Source: a virus
Length of the DNA: 64,000 nucleotides
Direction: 5' to 3' (one strand)
Virus record (IMG/VR): IMGVR_UViG_3300019850_000189
Location: 1-64,000 of that record
The stretch's first letter is position 1. Each line of letters begins with the position of its first letter. This document shows, piece after piece, positions 1-8,787 of the stretch. The translations under genes were made by a program, and so were the position numbers. Below the pieces are notes generated by a model, which was not told where the DNA came from, did no database searches, and saw only the letters and a program-made list of their open reading frames with translations.

Positions 1-113
1 CCTTTATATTCGCCTTCGCCCTGAAAGCCATTCAGGAAAAACCCGGCAGTTGAAAATTCATTCCAGCCAGCTTTGAATAAGTTTTTAATGTATTGCTTTC
101 TAAGATCTTTCAT
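1..113 (-). CDS. MORN-variant repeat protein, 5' part only (array continues beyond the window)
   Basis: ATG at 113 translates to MKDLRKQYIKNLFKAGWNEFSTAGFFLNGFQGEGEYK, the same N-cap as the six complete copies. Confidence 0.85.
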   Translation of the reverse strand, partial: MKDLRKQYIKNLFKAGWNEFSTAGFFLNGFQGEGEYK

Positions 114-137
114 TGTGTAATCCTATTTAGCTTATCT

Positions 138-623
138 TTACGAATGTTGACCCAGACCAGCGGCCGCTTGCTTACCATTTTTGTAGAAAGCATGATTATA
201 TAATTTACCATCATTATGCCATCTTTTAAATTCGCCATTCAATTCGGCGTTTTTATAAAAACAATGAACAGCCAATTGACCATTTTCATACCATCTTTTA
301 TATTCGTCATTCAATTTGCCATTTTTGTAGAAAGTGTGACTATATAATTTACCATTTTCATGCCATCCTTTGAATTCGTCATTCAATTTGCCGTTTTTAT
401 AAAAACAATGAACAGCCAATTGACCATTATCATACCATCTTTTATGTTCACCTTCTTCTTTACCCTTTTTAAAAAAGCAACGAACAGCCAATTGGCCATC
501 TTCATGCCATCTTTTAAATTCGCCTTCGCCCTGGAAGCCATTCAGGAAAAACCCGTCAGTTGAAAATTCATTCCAGCCAACTTTGAATAAGTTTTTGATG
601 TATTGTCTTCTAAGATCTTTCAT
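138..623 (-). CDS. MORN-variant (YwqK-antitoxin-like) repeat protein, 5 repeats
   Basis: 24-aa repeats GEYKxWyxNGqLxxHxFYKNGKLN after a conserved 33-aa N-cap. Confidence 0.85.
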   Translation of the reverse strand: MKDLRRQYIKNLFKVGWNEFSTDGFFLNGFQGEGEFKRWHEDGQLAVRCFFKKGKEEGEHKRWYDNGQLAVHCFYKNGKLNDEFKGWHENGKLYSHTFYKNGKLNDEYKRWYENGQLAVHCFYKNAELNGEFKRWHNDGKLYNHAFYKNGKQAAAGLGQHS

Positions 624-650
624 TGTGTAATCCTATTATATATTCTTTTT

Positions 651-1055
651 TCATTTTAAGTAGTCCTTCACTACTTTACCATTTTTATAAAACTTATGAA
701 TATTTAATTGTCCATTACTATGCCACATTTTATACTCACCATTTAATTTACCGTTATTGTAAAATACATGAAACCATAATTGTCCATTATTGTACCATTG
801 TTTGTGTTCACCATCTAGTTTACTATTTTTATAAAATGAATAGATAAATAATTGACCATTTTCATACCATTGCTTATATTCACCATCTCTTTTATCATGT
901 TTATAAAATACATGAATCCATAATTTACCATTTTTCCACCACTCTTTATATTCACCTTCGCCATGAAAACCATTCAGGAAAACCCCGTCAGTTGAGAATT
1001 CTTCCCAGCCTACTTTGAATAGCTTTTTGATGTATTGCTTTCTAAGATCTTTCAT
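651..1055 (-). CDS. MORN-variant repeat protein, 4 repeats
   Basis: Same cap and repeats; ends KNGKVVKDYLK. Confidence 0.85.
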   Translation of the reverse strand: MKDLRKQYIKKLFKVGWEEFSTDGVFLNGFHGEGEYKEWWKNGKLWIHVFYKHDKRDGEYKQWYENGQLFIYSFYKNSKLDGEHKQWYNNGQLWFHVFYNNGKLNGEYKMWHSNGQLNIHKFYKNGKVVKDYLK

Positions 1056-1067
1056 TTAATTTTCCCT

Positions 1068-1625
1068 TTACGGATGTTGGCCCGAACCACCGGCCGATAG
1101 CTTACCATCTTTATAAAAGCTATGAATGAATAATTGGCCGTTACTATTCCATCTTTTATATTCGCCATTCAATTTACCATTTTTATAAAAACAATGAACA
1201 GTCAATTGACCATTTTCATGCCATCTTTTATATTCACCATTCAATTCACCGTTTTTATAAAAACAATGAACAGCCAATTGGCCATTATTATACCAACTTT
1301 CATATTCACCTTCTTCTCTACCGTTTTTATAAAAACTATGTTCATATAATTGACCATTTTCATACCATCTTTTATATTCGCCATTCAATTTACCGTTTTT
1401 ATAAAAACTACGTTCACGTGATCTACCCTTATTATCCCATTCTTTATATTCGCCATTCAATTCATCATTTTTGTAGAAAGCATGATTATATAATTCACCA
1501 TTTTCATGCCATTCTTTATATTCGCCTTCGCCCTGAAAGCCATTCAGGAAAAATCCATCAGTTAAAAATTCATTCCAGCCGACTTTGAATAAGTTTTTAA
1601 TGTATTGTCTTCTAAGATCTTTCAT
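1068..1625 (-). CDS. MORN-variant repeat protein, 6 repeats
   Basis: Same cap and repeats. Confidence 0.85.
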   Translation of the reverse strand: MKDLRRQYIKNLFKVGWNEFLTDGFFLNGFQGEGEYKEWHENGELYNHAFYKNDELNGEYKEWDNKGRSRERSFYKNGKLNGEYKRWYENGQLYEHSFYKNGREEGEYESWYNNGQLAVHCFYKNGELNGEYKRWHENGQLTVHCFYKNGKLNGEYKRWNSNGQLFIHSFYKDGKLSAGGSGQHP

Positions 1626-2338
1626 TTAATTTTCCCTTTACGGATGTTGGCCAAACCAGTAGCTGCTTGCTTACCGTTTTTGAAAAAAGTGTGACTATAT
1701 AATTTACCATTATCATACCAACTTTTATATTCACCTTCTTTTTTACCATCTTTGTAGAAAGTATCAACACGTAATTGACCATTTCTATACCAAAATTTAT
1801 ATTCACCATTCAACTTGCCATCTTTATAAAAGCCATGTTCAGTTAATTGACCATTTTCATACCAAAATTTATATTCACCATTCAATTTGCCGTTTTTGTA
1901 GAAAGAATGATTATATAATTTACCATTATCGTGATATTGTTTATATTCACCATCCAACTCGCCATTTTTGTAGAAAGCATGAATATGTAATTTACCATTA
2001 TCGTGATATTGTTTATATTCACCATTCAATTTGCCATTTTTGTAGAAAGCATGAATAAATAACCGGCCATTTGAACGGTATTGTTTATATTCACCATTTA
2101 ATTTATTATTTCTATATAAGGCTTGGTCAGATAGTCGGCCGTTGTAATAGTATTGTTTAGATTCACCATTCAGCTCACCATCTTTATAAAAGGCATGAAT
2201 AAATAACCGGCCATTTGGACGGTATTGTTTGTATTCTCCTTCACCGTTAAACCCGCTCCTGAAAAATCCATCAGTTGAAAATTCACCCCAGCCCACTTTG
2301 AATAACTTTTTAATGTATTGCTTTCTAAGATCTTTCAT
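1622..2338 (-). CDS. MORN-variant repeat protein, 8 repeats
   Basis: Same cap and repeats; ATGA overlaps with neighbours. Confidence 0.85.
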   Translation of the reverse strand: MKDLRKQYIKKLFKVGWGEFSTDGFFRSGFNGEGEYKQYRPNGRLFIHAFYKDGELNGESKQYYYNGRLSDQALYRNNKLNGEYKQYRSNGRLFIHAFYKNGKLNGEYKQYHDNGKLHIHAFYKNGELDGEYKQYHDNGKLYNHSFYKNGKLNGEYKFWYENGQLTEHGFYKDGKLNGEYKFWYRNGQLRVDTFYKDGKKEGEYKSWYDNGKLYSHTFFKNGKQAATGLANIRKGKIK

Positions 2339-2919
2339 TTAATAAACCTTTTGAATTTATCTCTACAATGTTTGCCCAGACCACCGGCCGCTTCCTTACC
2401 GTTTTTGAAGAAAACATAATTATATAATTGACCATTTTCATACCATCTTTTATGTTCATCTTCTTCTTTACCATCTTTGTAGAAAGTATCAACATGTAAT
2501 TGACCATTATTATTCCATTTTTTATATTCGCCATTCAATTTGCCATTTCTATAAAAACAATAAACAGCCAATTGGCCCTTACTATTCCATTCTTTATACT
2601 CACCATCTAATTTACCATTTTTATAAAAACTACGTTCATCTAATTGACCATTACTATGCCATCTTTCATATTCACCATTCAACTCACCATCTTTATAAAA
2701 ATGACGTTCATATAATTTACCATTTTCATGCCATTCTTTATATTCTCCATTCAATTTGCCATTTTTAAAAAAAATACGTTCATATAATTTACCATTTTCA
2801 TACCATCTTTTAAATTCGCCTTCATCTTGAAAGCCATTCAGGAAAAACCCATCTTCCGAAAAAGCTCTCCAGCCAACTTTGAATAAGTTTTTGATGTATT
2901 GCTTTCTAAGATCTTTCAT
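2335..2919 (-). CDS. MORN-variant repeat protein, 6 repeats
   Basis: Same cap and repeats. Confidence 0.85.
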   Translation of the reverse strand: MKDLRKQYIKNLFKVGWRAFSEDGFFLNGFQDEGEFKRWYENGKLYERIFFKNGKLNGEYKEWHENGKLYERHFYKDGELNGEYERWHSNGQLDERSFYKNGKLDGEYKEWNSKGQLAVYCFYRNGKLNGEYKKWNNNGQLHVDTFYKDGKEEDEHKRWYENGQLYNYVFFKNGKEAAGGLGKHCRDKFKRFIK

Positions 2920-2943
2920 TTAATAAGCCTTTTGAATTTATCT

Positions 2944-3354
2944 CTACGGATGTTGACCCAAGCCAGCCACTCGCTTACCATTTTTGTAAAGAACATGTCT
3001 ATATAATTTGCCATTATCATACCAACTTTTATATTCGCCATTTAACTCGCCGTTTTTATAAAAACAATGAACAGTCAATTGAGCCTTACTATTCCATTCT
3101 TTATATTCACCATTCAATTTGCCATTTTTATGAGATGCATGAGCCCATAATTGACCATTATCATACCATTGTTTATATTTACCATTTAATTTTCCCTTCT
3201 TATAAAATGTATGAATCCATAATTGACCATTACTATACCGTTTTTCATATTCACCTTCGCCATGAAAGCCATTCAGGAAAAAGCCGGCAGTTGAGAATTT
3301 GTCCCAGCCAACTTTGAATAAGTTTTTGATGTATTGCTTTCTAAGATCTTTCAT
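2944..3354 (-). CDS. MORN-variant repeat protein, 4 repeats (first gene of the array)
   Basis: Same cap and repeats. Confidence 0.85.
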   Translation of the reverse strand: MKDLRKQYIKNLFKVGWDKFSTAGFFLNGFHGEGEYEKRYSNGQLWIHTFYKKGKLNGKYKQWYDNGQLWAHASHKNGKLNGEYKEWNSKAQLTVHCFYKNGELNGEYKSWYDNGKLYRHVLYKNGKRVAGLGQHP

Positions 3355-3430
3355 TGTGTAATCCTATTTAACTTATCTTTACGGATGTTGGCCTAAGTCG
3401 GCAAGATGACTTTAATTCTTTGCGTTGCCT

Positions 3431-5110
3431 CTACTTTTTTATATATACATAATTTCCGCAATCCCAGATCCGGTCCCAGCCATTTAGTTGCATATTTTGC
3501 CATTCAGTTAATATGGGATCAAATATATCTAATTTCTCTCTCAATTTGTGTTTCTGAAACTGAATTCTGGAGTATCTTTTACCATTATTCACATAGTAAT
3601 AATTTGGCTTGCTCAAATGTGAGAATTCAAAGTTGGCTTGTTTATAAACTTCGCCTGTAAAATATCTAGCATCAGCGTAAGTTATGATACTTCCATCTAT
3701 TTTGCTAATCAGTCTACTAAAACCACCTACTACAGATACTCCCTTTTTGTTCGCAAATCTAATTATTTCACAGTCAAAACCAGATTTATATCTTGGCTTT
3801 CCTATTATAATTAAAGACAGCAATTCTTTATCAAACAAACCTAATTTAATAGAGCCTCCTTTATAACCCTGTAGATGGTTATCCTCCATAAACTCTCTGG
3901 CATGACTTGTCCCAACTGTTTTCACCTGTAGTTTTCTGGCATAAAATATTTTATTTTCTATTCCCAATTTATTAAGTATTATTGACTTAACTATATTCTG
4001 TTTGTCAATCCATTCATCTTCAAATATATGAATGAGATTTATGTTGTGCTTCTTAGCCAATTCTGTTTTATGTAAATGATAGCCCTTGCCCTTTTGACCG
4101 ACTATTTCACCGTGCCAGTATAAACCATCAAATTCGATGCCTAATTGAAAACCTGGCAGGAAAATGTCAATTTCTCTCTTTTCTATTTTTATATTTCTTT
4201 TTATATCTAAATTATATGACTTTAGCCAATTCTCTATATCATCTTCATATTTGCTCGTATTATTTAGTTTAGGAAAACAATTCGGGCATCTTGGAATTTT
4301 GCCACTGATTAAATTATCCTCAAAAATTGTTCCACATGTAAGGCATTGCCATTTATATTTAGCATATATACCCCTATAATCATCTACATTAAACAACGGC
4401 CTAATCTTATCTGACAATTTGTCGACAAGGCTATTATAATACTTTATAAAATTTGTTTGCCTTGTTTTGTCTTGAATATCCTTGGATTGAGCAGGATTTT
4501 CTACGCCATATCTTTCTAAATTAGTTTGCTTTATCTTTCTCTGTATTCTTTTAGATTGACTGAAATAAGGAACACCATAGTTTTTTTCAAGTGTTTGAGA
4601 TGCCTTTTCTCTAATTTGAGCATCCTGCATTGGATTTTCTACGCCATACTTTTTAAGATTAGTTTGCTTTACTTTTTCCTGAATTTTTTTCGATTGAAGC
4701 GGATAAGCTACACCATATTTTTTAATATTAGTTTTCTTTATCTTCTCTTGAATTTGCTTTGAACCAAATGGATTTTCAGAACCATATTTTTTAAGATTGG
4801 TTTGTATTGCCTTTTTCTTAACTTGCTTATTTTGCGCGCTGCTAGGCGCGCCATATTTAACAATATTAGTTGCTTTAATTTTTTCTTTTATTGTAGATGA
4901 AGCAAAAACATTCAAAACTCCGTATCGTTGCTTAATAGTATCTTCTAGAAGGCATTTACCACATAAAGGTTTAAGAGCTTTCTTTCTATTTTTATAAATC
5001 CTTCTGAATTCCTTACCACATATTTTACAGGTGCCATAAAGCACAGTTTTATATGAAAGATGAGTTGTAGGAGTGATTTCTATTTTTTCGTTACTTTTCA
5101 ATATATACAT
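3431..5110 (-). CDS. Free-standing homing endonuclease (Zn ribbon, TNxxKYG repeats, PD-(D/E)XK/very-short-patch-like nuclease domain)
   Basis: CxxC pairs, repeated KIKxTNLKKYGVENP units, EIDIFLP...IEFDGLYWH, C-terminal RIWDCG. Confidence 0.75.
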   Translation of the reverse strand: MYILKSNEKIEITPTTHLSYKTVLYGTCKICGKEFRRIYKNRKKALKPLCGKCLLEDTIKQRYGVLNVFASSTIKEKIKATNIVKYGAPSSAQNKQVKKKAIQTNLKKYGSENPFGSKQIQEKIKKTNIKKYGVAYPLQSKKIQEKVKQTNLKKYGVENPMQDAQIREKASQTLEKNYGVPYFSQSKRIQRKIKQTNLERYGVENPAQSKDIQDKTRQTNFIKYYNSLVDKLSDKIRPLFNVDDYRGIYAKYKWQCLTCGTIFEDNLISGKIPRCPNCFPKLNNTSKYEDDIENWLKSYNLDIKRNIKIEKREIDIFLPGFQLGIEFDGLYWHGEIVGQKGKGYHLHKTELAKKHNINLIHIFEDEWIDKQNIVKSIILNKLGIENKIFYARKLQVKTVGTSHAREFMEDNHLQGYKGGSIKLGLFDKELLSLIIIGKPRYKSGFDCEIIRFANKKGVSVVGGFSRLISKIDGSIITYADARYFTGEVYKQANFEFSHLSKPNYYYVNNGKRYSRIQFQKHKLREKLDIFDPILTEWQNMQLNGWDRIWDCGNYVYIKK

Positions 5111-5132
5111 GTATGTATATATGTCATAGCAT

Positions 5133-5159
5133 AAAAAAGCCCCTCAAATTTGAGGGGCT
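5133..5159 (-). terminator. Intrinsic terminator, near-copy of the capsid-gene terminator
   Basis: AGCCCCTCAAATTTGAGGGGCT hairpin followed by T6 on the minus strand. Confidence 0.8.
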
Positions 5160-5287
5160 CATTCACTAACATTATCACAATGGTTTTTTTCATTAATATC
5201 TATTAATAACGAAATAGGGAGTCTATTAAATTAAGCTCTTTTATACAGATTATTGCCACAATCCCAAATCCTGTCCCAGTTGTTTAG

Positions 5288-7162
5288 CTACATATTTTGC
5301 CATTCGGATAGTTTATGATCAAATATTTTGAGGCGCGCTGATAATTTATGCTTTTGAAATCCAATACGTGAATATCTATTCTTATAATCTGTGTAATAAT
5401 AATTCGGAGTGCTTGTATTTATATATTTGAAACCAGCAGATTGATAGCTTCTACCATTAAAATATCTAAGATCCGCGTAGCTAATAATAGAACCATCGTA
5501 GTCTAAATGTGATATTAATTTAGAAAAAGCGCCCGGTATTCGGTAATTAACCTTAGTAGCAAATCGCAGCAATTCGAATTCAGCCGATTTATTATACCTA
5601 GATTTACCCAATGTAATTATTGCCACTATATTGTTTTTATAAAATAGCCCCAGTTTTATTAAAGACGGAACATATCCCTGCAGATGATTTTCTTCTAAGA
5701 AGTTTCGTGCCATTTCTATATCTACTTCTTGAGTGTCACATGTTCGCGCAAATATCTTATTTTCAATAATCCCAATTTTGTTCAATATGATAGACTTCAC
5801 TATATCTTGTTTTTCTATCCATTCATCTTCAAATATATGAATTAAATTTATGCCGCGGGCTCTCATTAGGTTAGTTTTATCTAAATGATAATTTCTATTT
5901 TTCTTGCCACCAAGTTCGCTATGCCAGTACAGACCATCAAATTCTATTCCTAAATTGCAATCAGGAAGATAAATATCTATTTCGCTATTGTCAATTCTAA
6001 TATTTCTTTCTACTTTGGCATAGCGCTTCAACCAATTCTCAATTTCGTCTTCATAACGGCTAGTATTTGTCAGAGGAGGAAAACAACTCGGGCATCTTGG
6101 AATTTTGCCATCTTCCAAATTATCCTCAAATTCAATGCCACATTTAACGCAGCGCCATTTATATGCGCCATTTATGCCATCATATTCATCAATATTGAAC
6201 ATTGGGGTAACTAAATTTTTAAGCCTATTTCCACTTATTAACTGATTATATAGTCTTATTTTACGAGCTCGTGACATCTTATTTCTTATCGATGGGACTT
6301 GCGCTGTGTGAGGCCTACCATATTTTAATAAATTACTCTGTTCTATTTTTATTTTAATGGCCTTGGAAGCAAACACATTATCAACACCATATTTAGCCCT
6401 AACCGTATCTCGTATTCTTTTTCTAATATCTGAACTGCCAAAAGGAGATGGATGACCGTATCTATCGATATTTGTAGCTTTTATTTTATCTCTAACAGGA
6501 GAACAGGTTTTGCTGGGCCAATCAACGCCATATGTGTTCAAACTGGTGGCTCTGACTCTGTCCTTGACGGCAGCATTCATCATTGGGTTTTCTACGCCAT
6601 AATGTTTTAAGTTGGTTTGCTTTATTTTTTCCTTGACAGAATCCAATTGAAGTGTGCTCTTAACTCCATACTTTTTTAAGTTTGTTTTAATTGAGCTACT
6701 TACGGCTTTCTTTACGTTTCTTTTATTTCTAACTTTTGGCAGCTTCAACATGCAATCAGTGCCATATCTTTCCAACAATGTCTTTTTCGTTTTTTCTTCT
6801 ACTTCTTTTCCATGAAGGCTGCTTGCGTTGCCATATTTCTTTATATTAGTTTGCTTGACTTTTTCCTTTATGCGGCCGGATTTCATTGGGTGTGAAAAAC
6901 CATACTTCTCAATATTAGTTTCTATACGTTTTTCTATTGTAGATGGTAACTGTGCTGAATTTTCAACACCATACTTTTCCATTAAACGATATTTTCGGCT
7001 GCAGTTTGTGCAAAGCTGTTTTAAGCGTTCTGGTTTATTTCTATATTGTCGCCTAAATTCTTTTCCACACTCCTCGCAGACCCCACCTATAACAGTCATG
7101 AATTTCAACTTCGTGTTGGGTGTTAGCTCCCGTCTTTCATTACCCTCTATAACATACATCAT
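5288..7162 (-). CDS. Free-standing homing endonuclease, paralog of 3431..5110, cut short by an in-frame TAG 18 codons before the homologous end
   Basis: Same architecture; EWQNM-TAG-LNNWDRIWDCG versus EWQNMQLNGWDRIWDCG in the paralog. Confidence 0.75.
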   Translation of the reverse strand: MMYVIEGNERRELTPNTKLKFMTVIGGVCEECGKEFRRQYRNKPERLKQLCTNCSRKYRLMEKYGVENSAQLPSTIEKRIETNIEKYGFSHPMKSGRIKEKVKQTNIKKYGNASSLHGKEVEEKTKKTLLERYGTDCMLKLPKVRNKRNVKKAVSSSIKTNLKKYGVKSTLQLDSVKEKIKQTNLKHYGVENPMMNAAVKDRVRATSLNTYGVDWPSKTCSPVRDKIKATNIDRYGHPSPFGSSDIRKRIRDTVRAKYGVDNVFASKAIKIKIEQSNLLKYGRPHTAQVPSIRNKMSRARKIRLYNQLISGNRLKNLVTPMFNIDEYDGINGAYKWRCVKCGIEFEDNLEDGKIPRCPSCFPPLTNTSRYEDEIENWLKRYAKVERNIRIDNSEIDIYLPDCNLGIEFDGLYWHSELGGKKNRNYHLDKTNLMRARGINLIHIFEDEWIEKQDIVKSIILNKIGIIENKIFARTCDTQEVDIEMARNFLEENHLQGYVPSLIKLGLFYKNNIVAIITLGKSRYNKSAEFELLRFATKVNYRIPGAFSKLISHLDYDGSIISYADLRYFNGRSYQSAGFKYINTSTPNYYYTDYKNRYSRIGFQKHKLSARLKIFDHKLSEWQNM

Positions 7163-7197
7163 TTTTTGCTCCTTAAATTATATATATGTCATAGCAT

Positions 7198-7222
7198 AAA
7201 AAAGCCCCTCAATTGAGGGGCT
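7198..7222 (-). terminator. Intrinsic terminator after the major capsid gene
   Basis: AGCCCCTC-AATT-GAGGGGCT hairpin plus T6. Confidence 0.85.
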
Positions 7223-7242
7223 CATTTATTTGCTAGTTTGAA

Positions 7243-8754
7243 TTATGGACTGGCTGTTCTAAAGTCAACATCCATAAGACCATATAGTAACTCACCCAAT
7301 GGAACTTTGACCAAACCATAACGAGCAATAAAGCCACGCCTTGGAGTGAAATCATTAGGCCCATAAATTACAGGGGTAAGCTGAGTTACATAAGGAGCAT
7401 AAACTACGCCAGCACCAAATGGTGATATCGGGCTCTTGTGGCCTAGAAGAATTTTCTCTTCTGGGAACAAAGGGTCCTTATATACATCAAATTTACCAGC
7501 ATAATTACCAGCCTTAACTATACCAAGGCCACCTGTTGCTGTAACAGGATTAGGAATAAAACCTCTGAGAACTTCTAGCTGAGATGAAATCTTAGTAGAT
7601 GTAACAACCCAATTAGCAGGACCGATCTTACTCTTTCTATAAATCTCGTTAGATGTTTCAACGATTTTATTTACTAATGCAAGATGCCTGTCAAGGAAGT
7701 TACCTACTGTGTTGTTGTTGGAGTCCCATCTCCAGTTAAACTTATCCTTGGTTGCTGCACTGAACATACATTTTCTTACTATCTCACGGTCGATCTCAGC
7801 GATCATTTCGTTCGATACAAGAGAAGTAAGTTCTGCTTCGGCGTTCAAGTTATGATAAGCTTTTAGGTCCTGCTCAGCTTCATTTGACCAGTGAGCTTTT
7901 AGCTTTCTGGTTTTAGCTACGACAGGAATAGAGGTGATGGTTATTTTCATCTCCGGAATATCTTCGGAGAACTCCATGTCGATCTCATAATTGATCTCGA
8001 CTTTGAAGCCATCACTATTAAGAGCGTTTGTTATTGTAACATTGTTACCATTCATGCCGGTTACTGTAAAATCTGTGGATACATTGCCATAGACATCATA
8101 GACAACACCAGCACTTGTGCCGGCAGTACCTGTGAAGCTATAAACAACTTCGCCACCAGTTTCGCCAGTGTCAAGATTAGTAGCAACTTCGCGGATGATT
8201 GTGCCTTCTACAGCAGCTGTACCGCTAAGCGCAGCAGCCCACTTCATAGAAGCATATGTGTGACCTGCGGTCAGAGTATCCATTGCGAATGTATACGGTG
8301 CACCAGTGCTACTAGCAACAAACGGACCTACAACTTGTTTTGAATAGTAAGGTGAGTAACCTTGCCAACCTTCATCCGGAACCTTTAAGGGAGCGCTTGC
8401 TGAAAATGCAGAATATTGAGATCCTTGAGCTACGTTACCCTTTTCAGTACCAAACACGTACTTAAGATAAAAAATTACTGCTGCCGGACCAGCCATGGGC
8501 TGAACGGAAACAATATTGTTGGCTATCAAATTCGGAAAGACTCTCCTTACGATAGGAAGCATGATCTTCTGGATACCAACAACATCACTAGTTCCTGTGT
8601 TGTTACCCGCTTCTAAGAGGTACTCAGCCTCATTTTCAAGGAGCATAGCTGTATTGATTTTTGTATATTTCTCATCAATACCCTCCAAGAAAGGCTCCCA
8701 CTTAGATAATAGGCGACCCTCTTCCTCTTTGAGAAGTCTGCGTTTATCTACCAT
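7243..8754 (-). CDS. gp23: Major capsid protein (T4 gp23-like)
   Basis: LSKWEP, LLENE, PIVRRVFP, VQPMAGP, EMKITI...AKTRKLKAHWSNEAEQDLKAYH, EIDREI, YAPY, FTPRRGFIARYG. Confidence 0.95.
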   Translation of the reverse strand: MVDKRRLLKEEEGRLLSKWEPFLEGIDEKYTKINTAMLLENEAEYLLEAGNNTGTSDVVGIQKIMLPIVRRVFPNLIANNIVSVQPMAGPAAVIFYLKYVFGTEKGNVAQGSQYSAFSASAPLKVPDEGWQGYSPYYSKQVVGPFVASSTGAPYTFAMDTLTAGHTYASMKWAAALSGTAAVEGTIIREVATNLDTGETGGEVVYSFTGTAGTSAGVVYDVYGNVSTDFTVTGMNGNNVTITNALNSDGFKVEINYEIDMEFSEDIPEMKITITSIPVVAKTRKLKAHWSNEAEQDLKAYHNLNAEAELTSLVSNEMIAEIDREIVRKCMFSAATKDKFNWRWDSNNNTVGNFLDRHLALVNKIVETSNEIYRKSKIGPANWVVTSTKISSQLEVLRGFIPNPVTATGGLGIVKAGNYAGKFDVYKDPLFPEEKILLGHKSPISPFGAGVVYAPYVTQLTPVIYGPNDFTPRRGFIARYGLVKVPLGELLYGLMDVDFRTASP

Positions 8755-8787
8755 AAATTTATACCCTCCTGAAAAAACCTTCTTTAA

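Larger units (their letters stand above)
1..3400 (-). repeat. Tandem paralog array built from 72-bp repeat modules
   Basis: Near-identical 5' ends (ATGAAAGATCTTAGAA...) at 113, 623, 1055, 1625, 2338, 2919 and 3354; 33 modules counted in the six complete genes. Confidence 0.9.

Noticed and set aside
360-1349. Plus-strand ORFs over the MORN genes and other antisense ORFs in the track (e.g. 9179..9514, 12023..12449, 14639..15001, 62470..62697)
   Set aside because: Shadow frames of real genes, with no RBS or recognisable motifs
1-3354. Diversity-generating retroelement explanation for the MORN variability
   Set aside because: No reverse transcriptase or template/variable-repeat pair differing only at adenines is visible; differences involve all bases and module number. 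An RT outside the window cannot be excluded.
111-3400. CRISPR-like array from the recurring junction sequences
   Set aside because: Spacing is hundreds of bases of open coding sequence, repeats are degenerate, and no cas genes are present
5288-5290. Genome-wide TAG-to-Gln recoding (code 15)
   Set aside because: All core genes are intact in the standard code, and TAG acts as a true stop directly before downstream starts (e.g. 17719, 20292)
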